Shown here: positions 12,655 through 27,328 of the stretch, one piece after another | How positions within the stretch are numbered: position 1 is the stretch's first letter | How the letters are laid out: every line of letters begins with the position of its first letter | Assembly: GCA_964016885.1 (NCBI GenBank) | Contig: OZ024743.1 | Coordinates: 6,138,001-6,202,000, forward strand | Direction of reading: 5' to 3' | DNA length: 64,000 nucleotides | Source of the DNA: Eledone cirrhosa | Taxonomy: Eukaryota | Notes under the pieces: model-generated | The model's input: only the letters and a program-made list of their open reading frames with translations | Told to the model about the DNA's origin: nothing | Database searches by the model: none | Program-made: the position numbers and the translations under genes

Positions 12655-13749
12655 GACAGCTGGTCTTCCACAAACAACCTTGCCTGGACTTGTGCCTCAG
12701 AGGGGAACTTTCTAGGTGCAAATCCCATGGTCATTTGTGACCGAAGGGGGTCTCTACCCATATATGGAGTACATAAGAGTTAGTAGCACAAATAAATACG
12801 TCTATATATAAATGTATACTCATGCATAACAAATTGTGTCTTATATAACAGTGGACGCAGCCTGGCCGAATGTTTAAGTTTGCTACACACGTACAAAGTC
12901 CCATGTTCGAGAACACGATGAGACATGTCGGGCAAATGACGTTTTACTATAGTCCCTAGTCGATCCAAACTTTATGAGTGTCGAAAACTGTGTAAAAGTC
13001 CGTCGGATGAATTGTACTTGTAATTCAATGTCGAAATTTTGTGCTGATTCTGCCTGGAGACCACGTCAGAGGGTGCACTTAGCCACTTTACAAGGCAATT
13101 CAATGAGCAGGTATTTCCGTTAACTCATAAACTAAACCGACGCTGGCATACTTCATATAAAAAGCCAAACCATTTAAAAGTTACATAAAATTAATCATTG
13201 TCATCATTTGGATTATTGCTCTCATCACTAATGATGTAATTCATTTTAATTCATATTTCTTGACTGACCAAGTCAAGTATGCTAGTGTCCACTTTAGAAC
13301 TTAGGTTTCATGCAGCAGGTGTCTCAAGGTAAAATTTTCTTGTCATTCCTTTATGTATATAGGTTAATTGGGACAATAACTATATAAATACTAATTTATA
13401 TATGTATGTGAATTAAAATCTAGTTGGGCTGCTGCAGCAGTTGCATGATTATCTAAGGTGCAGTTCTCTTTTATCGCTTTCTTCACTGAAATATACATAA
13501 ATATATACAAACATACGTACGTACATACATACATACACACATGCATGCTTGCTTTCGTATTTAAAGGAATCGTGTTTTCGACAGTGGTTATTTCAGTCCA
13601 CTAGATACCTTCATGTGTTTGGAGAGATTTTACGAACAATGTTGTATATGTGCACATCAGTATATAGAAGTGTATTCTTATAAAGAACATTTGATTTTTA
13701 ATTCGCCCATACATTTGCTGACCTACACACATGAACTGCATTTTACACA

Positions 13750-14940
13750 ATCTATTGTAAGCTTACTATAGTCAACTTTTTTCTAACCTCATGAATTTGT
13801 TGGTGTCTTATCAGATTAGCCATGGCCACAAATACCGCAGACTAAGTTTACCCCATCAACTTCATGGCTTGTACGTGTTCGAAAGACACGAGTACAAAAT
13901 CATCAGCATTTTCCACATTGTTGTCGATGAAAAGCATTTCTTTTCCAGTTGACTTCATGCATTTCAAATACTTTCAAAATGGACTTTATACAATCCTTAA
14001 ACTACAACCTCGGTTTGTGTTGGGAATGCTTTCCGTGTACGTACTATACAACATCTGCTTCGGGATCCTCTGATCATTCATTCGTACAAGGTGTCCAGCC
14101 CAACGTAAACAGTGCTTGTGTACCATTACATCCATACTCAAGACTTCGGTTCGCCTCAAAATGTCCATGCCTGATGTCTGCGATAAGCATCAGTCATTCA
14201 GAATACACCCTAAATATTTCCGATGAAAGCACCTAAGAACCTTTACATGATGCTTGTAGAGCTGTGTTTCACATTAATAAAATGAAGTCAATCGCAAAAT
14301 GTCCATGTCTGAAGTCTGCGATAACCATCTGTCATTCAGAATACGCCTTAACCCTTTAGCATTTAAACCGGCCATATCCGACCAGAATTATCTCATCTCT
14401 TTCTGATCAAACCGGCTATAACTGACCCATCATACCAACTTTAAGGTATTGTTCTCAAAATAAATAATATCAAAATTTCATAGATTCGCATGAAAATATA
14501 ATAGTATATATATAGTAGTGTAAATGCTAAAGAGTTGAATATCTCTGATGAAAGCATTCAAGAATCTTTACATGATGCTTGTAAAGTACCAATGTTTCAC
14601 ATTAACAATGCATAGCAATTTTTATTCACCTTGTAATGCCGTTTTGGGACCAAATACGTGACTCAAAAGCCTTGGAGGAGTCAGTTACTTTTTGAAGCCT
14701 TGGAGATATTTCATTATCTAAAGAGCATGAACGGCTGAGTGTACAACACAAGTAGACAAAGATTACAACAGTCCTGTCCAGGCTAAAGCTAAGTCTAAAT
14801 ACCTTACAAGTTGCAGAAATATTTTCTATGAGAATTTGCATATCTTCAACATTATGTGCAATTAAGTTGCAATCATCTGCATAAATGAGGCTGCGAATAT
14901 GAGACTGAAAGACTTTCGAATGAGCTGCAAAACGCTGCAA
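13750..14940 (-). pseudogene. Degraded RTE LINE RT region
   Basis: LIYADDC, LDNEISPRLQK and LRWAGHLVRMNDQRIPKQMLY motifs with frameshifts and an internal duplication. Confidence 0.75.
14352..14534. mobile_element. piggyBac-like MITE
   Basis: TTAA|ccctttagcattta ... taaatgctaaagag|ttga. Confidence 0.6.
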
Positions 14941-15789
14941 ATTGAAGAGAGGCTCGGAGAGATCGGTACCTCACATATATCCCAGAAGGGCAATCCGAGG
15001 CTTGGATGAGAGTAACAGCAAAATACAAGAAAAAAAGAATAGAGGCAAGGATGTTATTTTATTTGACATCATTTACTACAGGAATACACCGTGCCATGTT
15101 CTCACAGATATTTATCCACGCTTCCATTTCAACATGAAATTATTTAATTATTCATACAAACTGATATGAACAATTGAGTTTGCAAAGTATTTATTTCCCA
15201 AAAGTATGTTATATTTCATGTTCTGCTCATATCATTTCTGCATCTGTTTTGCAGTGCAAATTATATCCATTATCCCTCTATCAGAACGGAAACCACACTG
15301 AGATTCCGGAAGGACACCGACTACAAGAGAATTATTCCGGTGGGCAAGAAGAACCTTACCAACAGGTGACAGTAATACCTTTGTGGTTGTCACCCTTTCC
15401 TTTGTAAAATGGAAGTATCATTGCATTTTTCGAATCCTTAGAAACAGCATCATTTCTCCTCACAGCATCCAGAAGCATGTAGAGACTCTATGATACGACT
15501 GACACCAAAACCTAATACCTCACTATATATTCTATTATTATCTGGAGCCTTACCCTGATTCAGTTTACTTATTACTATAGCTACCTCATCTATTGAGGGT
15601 GGTGACAGGCCTTTCTTTATTGGTATCAATTACTACATTATCCACAACAGATTTAGCGATTAAGAAAAAAGGTCTCCAATCTTGTACCCTGAGATCTCTG
15701 TATTCAGTAGACAGAGTAGGGACATTCATAGGGTAAAAAATGGATACTAAACTTTTAAACCAATAAACTTACCTCATGTTTTTTTTCTT

Positions 15790-16462
15790 TTTTCCCTTCT
15801 GTTTAATTTGTTTCTTTCTCTCTTGTCCCCCAATAACTTCCAATAGTTATTGACGCACTGGAGCTAGACATTGTCTTTAATGCGTTGAAATGTCCGTGAT
15901 CACCAGCAGACAACTGATGAAGGGATTGTTCCCCGTTTGTGCTTTCCTCTTATTTTTAAATACACTTTATCAAGTCACCACACAGCTCCCTGTTACTTCC
16001 AAAATTTTTATTAATTTTTCTCTATCTACTTTGTTGCTATTAACCCTTTCCCTTTCTTTCTCTCTCTCTGCTCCCAATACTACTTCCGTTTTCTCTCGTA
16101 TCTGCCTCTTTTCGCTTACACTTTGCGAGGTCAAACCTGTTTACTTCGCTCCCCCTAATTCACCGTCAACAAAAGCCTCGGTCTTATGTTCAGTAGCTGT
16201 ATTTGACTTCTCCCTCTCCCTCTCCCGCTTACTTATATACATACATGTGATTTTCGTGTTTCCCTCTTCTTCGGTATATTCTCTGCGTTTTTTTTTCTTT
16301 TTACCTTCTGTTTAACCCCCCCCCCCCTCCCCAAAACTTCCAATATTGACGCACTGGAACTAGACATATTGTCTTTAATGCGTTGAAATGTCCGTGATCT
16401 CCAGCAGACAACTGATGAAGGGATTATCCTCCGTGTGTGCTTTCCTCATATTTTTAAATATA
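15790..16462 (+). repeat. ~175-bp direct repeats (15790-15965, 16290-16462) around a pyrimidine-rich spacer; pLTR-like
   Basis: attgacgcactgga..tgcgttgaaatgtccgtgat..cagcagacaactgatgaagggatt occurs twice; ends at (TA)n. Confidence 0.65.
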
Positions 16463-16474
16463 TAATATATATAC

Positions 16475-16553
<79 letters not shown>

Positions 16554-16554
<1 letters not shown>

Positions 16555-17432
16555 GAGGTGTGTCAGAAAGGTTCCAGGACTGATGTCACAAAAGATTTAT
16601 TTCAAACCCAAACTTCACACTAAGAGTTTTCTCCTTCAAAGTAATCCCCCTGGAGTATGTAACTGTAATCTTAGCTCTCTTCAGCGATCAAACTTTTTTC
16701 TTCATAATTTTATATACATGTCCTCTGTTTTAGGTCGTCAAGCAATGAGCACAGAGCAACAAACAAACTTGAAAACTCTGTCAGAAGCACTGGGATTGCT
16801 GCAGCAAGTGTATGGAGATGAGACGATGTCCCACTCACGTGTTTTTGAGTGGTGCAAGAGGTTTAAAGAAGGACGCGAGGACGTGGAAGACGACCCCAGG
16901 AGCGGAAGGCCCTCAACAACCACGACTGAGGTTAACGTTGAGCGCGTCAGGCAGATGGTGCGTAGCGATCGTCGGCTGACTGTTCGACTGATGGCAAATG
17001 AGCTGGGCATGAATCGGGACAGCGTCTGGAAGATTCTCACTGAAGATTTGGACATGCGGAAAGTCTGCGCGAAGATGGTGCCAAGACTGCTGAACGATGA
17101 CCAGAAGGGTCGACGCATGCAAGTGTGCCAGCACATCCTCGAGCGTCTTGAAACCGAACCAGACTTGCTAGGGATGAGTCATGGATCTTCGAGTACGACC
17201 CAGAGGGGACCCGTTTTGAAGACGTGGACGACATCAAAAAGGCCATGACGACGGAACTGCGGAGGATCCCGGAAGAATTCTTCCAGGAGTGCATGCAAGC
17301 GTGGCAGAAAAGGATGGAAAAGTGCATTAGACACCAGGGGGGTTTCTTTGAAGGAGAAAACTCTTAGTGTGAAGTTTGGGTTTGAAATAAATCTTTTGTG
17401 ACATCAGTCCTGGAACTTTTCTGACCCACCTC

Positions 17433-17433
<1 letters not shown>
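16554..17433 (+). mobile_element. Internally deleted mariner transposon, 100-bp TIRs
   Basis: TA|cgaggtg...cacctcg|TA. HTH region (RVFEWCKRFKEGREDVEDDPRSGRPS), CAKMVPRLL linker, C-terminal FQECMQAWQKRMEKCI..GGFFEG. Most of the catalytic domain is missing. Confidence 0.92.
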
Positions 17434-17471
<38 letters not shown>

Positions 17472-17476
<5 letters not shown>

Positions 17477-18555
17477 TAAATCATGTCCTTAGAATTATTA
17501 GATAAACTATATACCATTTCCTCTCCCAATTAGCATAATTAACCATATAAAAAATCAATTAGACTAGGCTATAAGAATAAAGGCTCCTATGAAGAAATTT
17601 TCGACAAATAACCGAAAGCGGCCTCTTCACGGTGACCCCGATAGAGTATTTATCCAACATTTCAACAGCATGTAGAAACTGACTAAATATACCGTCAACC
17701 ATACACAATTAGGTGTAAATTCAAACTTAGAAGAAACGTGTACATACCGTAATTATATCTCTACCATGGTTTCGTCCGTATTTTTAGACATCCCATTATC
17801 AGGATATATCCAGAGTAACAGACTCATCAGGAGAGAACAAGATTTGGACAGTTAATTTTCCAAAGTGATCGCGCCAAAAATAGATTCAAAAATGGCTAAG
17901 AATCGTGACGTGGCAGTGGTCAAGTTAGAAAGAATGTGATTAGTTCTTTGTTAGGTTGAGATACAATTGGGCTATATTGGACTGCGCTTTCTAGCAACAA
18001 GCCTACCCGCCGTAAGCAACTAATCACATTCTTTCTAACTTGACCACTGCCACGTCACGATTCTTAGCCATTTTTGAATCTATTTTTGGCGCGATCACTT
18101 TGGAAAATTAACTGTCCAAATCTTGAGTTCTCTCCTGATGAGTCTGTTACTCTGGATATATCCTGATAATGGGATATCTAAAAATACGGACGAAACCATG
18201 GTAGAGATATAATTACGGTATGTACACATTTCTTCTAAGTTTGAATTTACACCTAATTGTGTATGGTTGACGGTATATTTAGTCAGTTTCTACATGCTGT
18301 TGAAATGTTGGATAAATAATCTATTGGGGTCACCGCGAAGAGGCCGCTTTCGGTTATTTGTCGAAAATTTCTTCATAGGAGCCTTTATCCTTATAGCCTG
18401 GTCTAATTGATTTTTTATATGGTTAATTATGCTAATTGGGAGAGGAAATGGTATATATTTTATCTAATAATTCTAAGGACATGATTTATGATATATTGCT
18501 CTGATTATTTAATTTATTAATTCTTCATTGAGCCACAACGTGACCGGTTGCCGCA
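17472..18555. mobile_element. Fold-back element: ~475-bp arms (17472-17945/18018-18493), 60-nt right extension, HHR in each arm
   Basis: Arms are near-perfect reverse complements; (TA)n flanks; no ORF. Confidence 0.88.
18131..18207 (+). ncRNA. Type I hammerhead ribozyme (minimal stem III)
   Basis: tctc-CTGATGA-gtctgt..acggac-GAAA-ccatgg-TA-gaga; mirror copy on the minus strand near 17758-17834. Confidence 0.82.
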
Positions 18556-18595
18556 TATATATATCTATGACTTTATGTATATGTAAATCTTTATA

Positions 18596-18667
<72 letters not shown>

Positions 18668-18670
<3 letters not shown>

Positions 18671-19276
18671 GACTAGAACTGTTTCATTCGTGAGAAATCA
18701 TCAGGAAGCTAAGTTTCCGAGTAAAAATGGTGGTATTTATATCTTTTCTGGTGGTAGGAGAGGGTGGGGAGTGGGATGGGTGGAGGTCGTTGGTTGAAAG
18801 AGAAGGGAATTCTTTAAAAGCTAATTCTTTAAAGCTATAATTTACACACATATGTGTATATGTGCGTTAAACCCATCAACCATGACCTCCAACCTTCTTA
18901 AAGACACCTGAAATATAGGTATTGTTAGCTTAAGAGAAACTTAAAAATAAGGAGTGGCACCCCATTCTGAACTTGTTTATAGAATTCTTTCTGCCTTTGT
19001 CACTCTAAATATAAATTATAGCGTTAAAGAATTAGCTTTTAAAGAATTCCCTTCTCTTTCAACCAACGACCTCCACCCATCCCACTCCCCACCCTCTCCT
19101 ACAACCAGAAAAGATATAAATACCACCATTTTTACTTGAACACTTAGCTTCCTGATGATTTCTCACGAATGAAACAGTTCTAGTCCTGTAGAAGTTCTTC
19201 TATATTAAAACTTTTATACTCTGCTATGTATTGAGTACCTTACTTACTGTGGTTACCTCCGACTCAATCCGGAATA

Positions 19277-19280
<4 letters not shown>
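18668..19280. mobile_element. Fold-back element: arms 18668-18835/19027-19188, ~90-nt right extension, HHR-like core
   Basis: Inverted arms visible. CTGATGA-tttctcacgaat-GAAAC-agttcta-GTC at 19152-19185; stem I weak. Confidence 0.75.
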
Positions 19281-19317
<37 letters not shown>

Positions 19318-19775
19318 TTTGAATCTACCCGCCAAAACCGGGGGTTGCTTCCCTTGTTGGAAATAACACGTGATAACTAAATGTGCGTTTAGCTTGCTCA
19401 TAGCAACAGCATTTAACGTCCACCTCGTTTTTGGACAGAACGGAACTCCTGTTGACGAAATGAATCTTCTGTTCGATCATGGAATACCACGAGCGTGCCT
19501 GTTACGTAAGTCGGATATTTGATTTCGGATTCATAAAAACACTTTAAACGTATATCGTTTAATTTGTCCAGGTGTATCTTTTTTAACCTGTTAGTTTTGT
19601 CGTTACTTTGGTATTGTGTGTTAGGTTTTGCCTACCACAATGTTCAATTTGTCAAGCTATTTAAATGAATGTTGTTACTCTAAGCACCTACCCTTATTGA
19701 GTGCTTCGCTAACTCATTCATATTTTAGGTCGACTTTGCTTGCTCACAGCCAAAGCTTCGATTTTACTAAGCTTC

Positions 19776-19862
<87 letters not shown>

Positions 19863-19883
19863 AGCGAAACGGTTTTATTTATA

Positions 19884-20002
19884 TTCTGAGTTCAAATTCC
19901 GCCGAGGTTAACTTTGCCTTTCATCCTTACAGGGTCGATAAAATAAAGTACCAGTAATGCACTGGGTAATTGCTGGCCTTGTGCCAAAAAGTAGAAACAA
20001 TT
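19884..20002 (+). mobile_element. SINE family A, 5'-truncated
   Basis: ctgagttcaaattccgccgagg..ggtcgataaaataaagtaccag..gtagaaacaatt. Confidence 0.85.
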
Positions 20003-20233
20003 ATATTATATTATAGTATAGATTCATATATAATAAACAGAGGATGGATACATAAAACCGTCTCACTTCTTTATAAATTTGACACTCCATCTGATACCTT
20101 ATAGGTAATACCTTAGGGTAACCACGTCGTGGAGTGCTTACGTCTGTTTACAATACAGTCGATCGATTAATTGATCAACCAACGTTTTTCACTTGGAATA
20201 ATTATTGGAATAATTACATATATATGGCGGGAA

Positions 20234-20273
<40 letters not shown>

Positions 20274-20275
<2 letters not shown>

Positions 20276-20482
20276 CGAAGGAAATGTGGTAAGGAACCAG
20301 GTGGACCATAACGCACCAAAGTACTCAATACTTAGGGTAGTAGAGTGGGTAATAGGAACGAGTGGGACCCCGACGGCTGAGCTCAAGCCGTTTCGACGGC
20401 TAATTCTGGACATGTTCTGGACATGTCCAGAATTAGCCGTCGAAACGGCTTGAGCTCAGCCGTCGGGGTCCCACTCGTTCCT
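20274..20482. mobile_element. Minimal fold-back of the PLE copy 1/2 terminus
   Basis: 80-nt extension plus ~62-bp arms meeting at ctggacatgt-t-ctggacatgtccag; inside (TA)n. Confidence 0.88.
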
Positions 20483-20491
20483 ATATATATA

Positions 20492-20562
<71 letters not shown>

Positions 20563-20566
20563 GGAG

Positions 20567-20629
<63 letters not shown>

Positions 20630-20855
20630 ATAAATATAGTCATACATCTGAATATACACATGAGATAAGATTAAAATGAAGGAAAACAAAAGGAAACAAG
20701 TAATGAAAGATAATAAAGAAGATAAATATATAACCAATCGAGTTTTCACATCTTTAGCTTATTCGTATGTAAATGTTCTTGTATTGGCATGCACCATGTA
20801 GTCGTGGTTCAAAGCTATGTTAGCAACAATACAAATTAAATAAAAAATACATTTG

Positions 20856-21627
<772 letters not shown>

Positions 21628-21784
21628 AAGTTGGAAATAGCACAGAAAATATATTTAAGGGTCTGTTTTCCTTTTTAATTCGTCAAAGTGACATTATTGA
21701 AAAGATAACCACTGTTTTGTATAGAATCCTTACTTCCCTTTTCTTATATATATATATATAATATATTTATATATATATATATAT

Positions 21785-22288
21785 TTTCTTTTTTTCTTTC
21801 TAGTATATGCTGGTTGTTTGCTGACACTTCAATATGCAGATTGGAGCACTCGACGAAGTATGCAGGTTGGTTTGTTTACTCCGGAGTAATGTAAAATAAT
21901 TAAGTCAAACATGTAAAATTTGGCTTCGTTTATTATAACTTATAGATATATATATTTCGGTGACAGCCATCATTGGCTGTGACCTCTTCAGGCAGTCCGA
22001 ATTGGTGTGGAAAAGACAGGTACACATGTTGTTGAAGTGTGTTTTACTCCGTCAATACATCAGATATGATTCCAGTTCCTCAGAGGAATAACAACACAAC
22101 CAGGAGCTGGACATATCGATGTATTGACGGAGTAAAACACACTTCAACAACACGTGTACCTGTCTTTTCCACACCAATTCGGACTGCCTGTAGAGGTCAC
22201 AGCTAATGATGGCTGTCACCGAAATATATATAGCAGTATATCTATAATTTATAATAAACGAAGCCAAATTTTACATGTTTGACTTAAT

Positions 22289-22296
<8 letters not shown>
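21785..22296. mobile_element. Fold-back element: arms 21892-22061/22118-22296, ~100-nt left extension, HHR-derived
   Basis: Inverted arms. The plus arm has a mutated core (CTGTAGA); the minus arm has CTGAAGA but lacks the stem I 3' strand. Confidence 0.82.
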
Positions 22297-22343
<47 letters not shown>

Positions 22344-22381
22344 GAGGTTATATTTAATTTGTTGGGATACAACAAGCAAAA

Positions 22382-22442
<61 letters not shown>

Positions 22443-22483
22443 AAATAAATAAGTCAAATATTTAAAATTCGGCTTCGTTTATT

Positions 22484-22538
22484 ACTGCTATATATATTTC
22501 GGTGACAGCCATCTTTGGCTGTGACCTCTTCAGGCAGT
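22484..22538 (-). ncRNA. Type I hammerhead ribozyme in a third copy of the 21892 family
   Basis: Minus strand actgc-CTGAAGA-ggtcacagcca aaga tggctgtcacc-GAAA-tatata-TA-gcagt. Confidence 0.82.
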
Positions 22539-22592
22539 CCGAATTAGTGTGGTAGAGACGAGTACACATGTTGTTGAGGTGTTTAACTTCGT

Positions 22593-22658
<66 letters not shown>

Positions 22659-23951
22659 CGAAGGAAACGTGGTAAGGAACCAGGTGGACCATAACGCACC
22701 AAAGTACTCAATACTTGAGGTAGTAGAGTGGGTAATAGGAACCAGTAAGACCCCGACAGCTGAGCTCAAGCCGTTTCGACGGCTAATTCTGGACTAAATG
22801 AAAATTTATCCTGGTATTTAAATAGCCGATCTTCTCAAGGGGTAATTCCATATATGGTCAAAGTGATTGTCAAAAATCAGTAGTAATTCTGTGGTTGCAA
22901 ATTAGTAGGGGAGATGGTGGCTAAACCTGCCAGTAGGAGAAAGAGGGGAGGGGGTGGAGTAGACCCAATCAAGCGTTGGTAGTGCCAGCTACAGCTGGGC
23001 ATGAGGTCAAAGAAGATACAGGGGAGGGGGAGCGGGAGGAAGTCGGAACGGTAGGTAGAACAATGGGGGGTAGAAAAATATATATAGGAAAGAAAAAAAT
23101 ACTGAGAGTGAAGAAAAGCAAATAAGTGTAAAGAAAAAAGTAAAGTAAATTAAATTCTACGACCTAGGTCTCAGGCTATTGTTAGGCTAGAATAAAATAA
23201 AGAAAGAAAGAAAGAAGTAAAGAAATAAATAAATAAATAAATAACGAAATAAGTAAAAGAACTAGGTGGGACGGATAAGGCAAGGACCCTTTTAAGAGGT
23301 ATAAGTACGTAAATGATACGGTGACGGGTCAATAAAAGGGGCCAAAATACTAAAGAGACTACCACGAAATAAACAATAAAGGTTTCCATCCCGGGCCAGC
23401 AACGACCCAGTGCAGCAAAGTGAACTTGTACGAGATAATAATTCTGAGTCCCGAGAAAAATATATACTAATGCTAACTCTAAAAGATCTAAAACAAGCTA
23501 CATGAAAGTTCGTACGAAATAAAGGTAGAATACGGAGAAATAAATTCAGAATCCACCCCGCCCAGAAGAAAAGCGAAGCAAGAAATACTGAAACGAAAAA
23601 ATAAGGCATAAGTGCCACTAAGAAATATAGAGGGCACAGAGAATAGTGGGAGCGGTCGGAAAAAGGGGGCAAGTATCCGGGGTCTAAGCCAACTGCTATA
23701 AAGGGCGGAGTCCGCCAAATCTATCATAGACTAGGGGAGGGGGTGGTGGGGGTACTAAGGCTACATGGGGCCAAAGGGCAGCCTCGGGTGGGCGAGAAAA
23801 GACGCCGACAAAGGAGAAGAGCTGGGGTAGAAGGACTAAGGAGAGGGGGGGGAAATAAAGGAAGCGATAAAAGAATACAAAGAAGATCTTACGTCTTCCT
23901 TGGCAAGCAGGGGTTACCCATTGCAAAATCGGCAAGTGGGGTGTTATAGCC

Positions 23952-24896
23952 CTAGTCTACCCCCCCCCCCCCCGGGTCATTATGGGGTTTGAGGGCGAGG
24001 CAAGTCTTACGCAATCTATGTTTACATGCAGTGACCAGTTCATCTTTCTTGTTTAGGAGTAGGTCCGTCGAAAACAGCATTTGTAAAGTTTCCTCCGAGC
24101 ATAAATTGCACGGACGGCGTCCTCCCGTGCAAGAATTGGCTCTGGACAGTAATCTCCAAGTGAGATCATAGGTGATGTTGTTGTCCTTGAGGTCCCATAT
24201 GTGGCCCGAAAGTGTAGTGGCGTGACGCCGGGCCGGGTTTCGGAAGGTATGTCTATGTTGGTATAGCCGGGTCTTGAAGTCACATGCGGTAAGTCCTATA
24301 TAGGCTTTGTTGGAGGTATCCGTCCTCACGTTGCACTGGTAGATCACATTACGGTCTCTGCATCTATTGTCGAGTGGGCAAATAGATCTATCCGGGCAGT
24401 TACACCTCCTGGTCGGTTCTCCACTGCTATTTAGGTTATTTCTGCCATCGGGGTTGAGTTTTTTGTTGTTAGAGGAGACGATGTTTTGTGCGAAGTTTGG
24501 TGTAGTGCTGTAAGAGAGTTTGATGGTATTTTTGTTAATTATGTTGTGGTAGCGGTGTTGTAATGGGAAGTGTTTTTCAATGAGCCTAAAGAATAGTTTC
24601 CCGATGGGAGTTGTCACCTCTGCGTTGTGGGGAGGATTGAACCATGTTACATTGCGTGAGCGGCGGTGTCTCCTGCTGGTTCCGCTAATGGGAGCTGGAC
24701 AGTAGGATATTTCCTCCCGGAAACCACTCCGCTTGAGGGCCTGGTTGTAATAAGGCGCATGTTCATCGAATATCCGCTCATTAGCTGACAAACGGGATAT
24801 GCGGAGGGAGATGTTTTTGACCAGGTTGTTTGTGATGTTCCTAGGATGGTTTGATCGGCGGTGGATGTAGTGCAGATTGTCATTAGGTTTCCTGTA
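23952..24896 (-). CDS. PLE polyprotein C-terminal part with GIY-YIG endonuclease, 5'-truncated
   Basis: YRKP..SNHP..WFNPP..CNC..CPL..VIYQC..YIGLT..CNLCSEE. Confidence 0.88.
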   Translation of the reverse strand, partial: YRKPNDNLHYIHRRSNHPRNITNNLVKNISLRISRLSANERIFDEHAPYYNQALKRSGFREEISYCPAPISGTSRRHRRSRNVTWFNPPHNAEVTTPIGKLFFRLIEKHFPLQHRYHNIINKNTIKLSYSTTPNFAQNIVSSNNKKLNPDGRNNLNSSGEPTRRCNCPDRSICPLDNRCRDRNVIYQCNVRTDTSNKAYIGLTACDFKTRLYQHRHTFRNPARRHATTLSGHIWDLKDNNITYDLTWRLLSRANSCTGGRRPCNLCSEETLQMLFSTDLLLNKKDELVTACKHRLRKTCLALKPHNDPGGGGVD

Positions 24897-24966
24897 TTCC
24901 CCTACTAATTTGCAACCACAGAATTACTACTGATTTTTGACAATCACTTTGACCATATATGGAATT

Positions 24967-25060
24967 ACCCCTTGAGAAGATCGGCTATTTAAATACCAGG
25001 ATAAATTTTCATTTAGTCCAGAATTAGCCGTCGAAACGGCTTGAGCTCAGCTGTCGGGGT
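24967..25060 (+). ncRNA. Type I hammerhead ribozyme, variant core UUGAGAA (U3-A8)
   Basis: acccc-TTGAGAA-gatcggcta..tagccgtc-GAAA-cggct..agctg-TC-ggggt; mirror copy at 22750-22843 (-). Confidence 0.78.
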
Positions 25061-25070
25061 CTTACTGGTT

Positions 25071-25161
<91 letters not shown>

Positions 25162-25227
25162 GAACATATATGGATATATACACACGGAACATATATGAAC
25201 ATATATATATATATACATACATATACA

Positions 25228-25295
<68 letters not shown>

Positions 25296-25992
25296 GAAAC
25301 TGTGTCAGAGACTAGGTCGCAGATAGTGCGACATGAAAATGTTGACATAAAGATATAAACAATAAATGGAAAGTGAAATAGTGAAATTAACAAATGGGGT
25401 TTTTGAATGGCTAAAATGATCCATGCACGCTGTAATTTTTGTACGTATGTGTACAGATATACATATGTATGTACATATGTACGTATGTATGTATGTATGT
25501 ATGTATGTATGTATGTATGTACATATGTACGTATGTATGTATGTATGTATGTATGTATGTATGTATGTATGTATGTATGTATGTATGTATATATGTATGA
25601 ATGTATGTATGTATGTATGTATGTATGTATGTATGAATGTATGTATGTATGTATGAATGTATGTATGTATGTATGTATGTATGTATGTATGTATGTATGT
25701 ATGTATGTATGTATGTATGTATATATGTATACATGTGTATATGTATATATATATATTATTATGTAATAATCAACATAAGGCAATTATTCCATTTACCAGT
25801 GGTTTCTTAAAAGCAAAAGGTTTTGCTTTTAATCCTCAGAATGAAAAAATCCTGGTTTGTTTATTGAATTTGGATTTTAAAAAACAAAAATGCAATCTAT
25901 ATGAAAGTGAGGCTGGAGAAGAAGAAGGAAAGGAAAAATAAAATAAAACTACACATGCAAACACACACACACAAAAACACAAAAGCATACAT

Positions 25993-26047
<55 letters not shown>

Positions 26048-26340
26048 CACATATATACATACATACACATATATACACATACACATACATACACATATAC
26101 ATACACTCATACATACACACACACATATATATATATATATATACACGTATACACATACATATATATATGTGTGTACAAGCATACACATACACAAACATAG
26201 CCATACACACACACATATATACATACATACATTCACACAATCATACATATATACACACGTACATACACATACATAAATGCACTCCTCTACATTTTGACAC
26301 ACGCAAATAAATATAAGAAAAAAATATATATATATTAAAA

Positions 26341-26751
26341 ATTTATGAGGCTAAAATAACACCGGTAATCAACAACCAGCCAGCCAGGAGTGAGCGATAT
26401 GTCGGTATGACCCAGGACAGGTTTAAAACCAGATTTTACTCACATGTCGCTTCTTTTAAGCACTCCGATAAACGAACATCAACGGCCCTCGCAAGTAAGG
26501 TGTGGGAACTCAAGGATAGTAACATCCCGTACTCTATTGATTGGTCTATATTAGACCATTCGAGGGAGTACCAAAGGGGCACAAAGAATTGTTCTTTGTG
26601 TACCACAGAAAAGTATAGGATTTTGCTAAACTTGAGAGCCACTTCCGCTTGCCTTAACTCAAAGACTGAGATCTTCAGATGCTGTCCTCATCTGAAATCG
26701 CATCTGATCTGTAACTGGATTGACACTCCTATGATAAATCAACCGCCTTGA
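26341..26751 (+). pseudogene. PLE GIY-YIG endonuclease fragment
   Basis: IYEAKI..YVGMTQDRFKTRFYSH..STALASKVWELK..IDWSIL..CSLCTTEK. Confidence 0.85.
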
Positions 26752-27245
26752 ACTTGCTCTTTACTTCTGCTACGGTTTTTATTTTGCTGATTCTACGTTC
26801 TGTACTCTTGTATATTTACTTATTTTTTTCTCCCTTACCTCCCCTTATATTTCACCTTTTCTTATGCCCCCCCCCCCCCTCCATATATTCTTTTTGCCTT
26901 GCCCTTCACATACCTATGTGTATGTGTATGTATATTTGTGTGTATATATATATATATGTATATATGTATGTATATATATATATATGTATGTGTGTGTATG
27001 TGTATGTGTATATATATGTATATATTTGTGTGTGTATATGTATGTATATGTGGATAGACCAGGTTTTTTTCATTTTGAAGATTGAAGGAAAAATTTTTTG
27101 CTTTTAAGAAACCACTGGTGAATGGAATTGCCTTATGTTGCTTTATTACTTTACTACTATATATATGTATATGTAAGGTTGATATGAATTATCTAAGACT
27201 GAGTTTTACACATACACACATCTATGTGTGTGTGTATGTGTATGC

Positions 27246-27328
<83 letters not shown>

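Larger units (their letters stand above)
22657..25073 (-). mobile_element. Penelope-like retroelement, 5'-truncated, with inverted pLTR (copy 2, same family as 833-3615)
   Basis: GIY-YIG ORF very similar to copy 1. 22737-22912 is inverted at 24898-25073; 80-nt extension on the left; (TA)n flanks. Confidence 0.92.

Noticed and set aside
17472-18493. All palindromes being assembly artefacts
   Set aside because: Arms differ by substitutions and indels in most cases and family-specific ends recur at separate loci; not excluded for the perfect ones.
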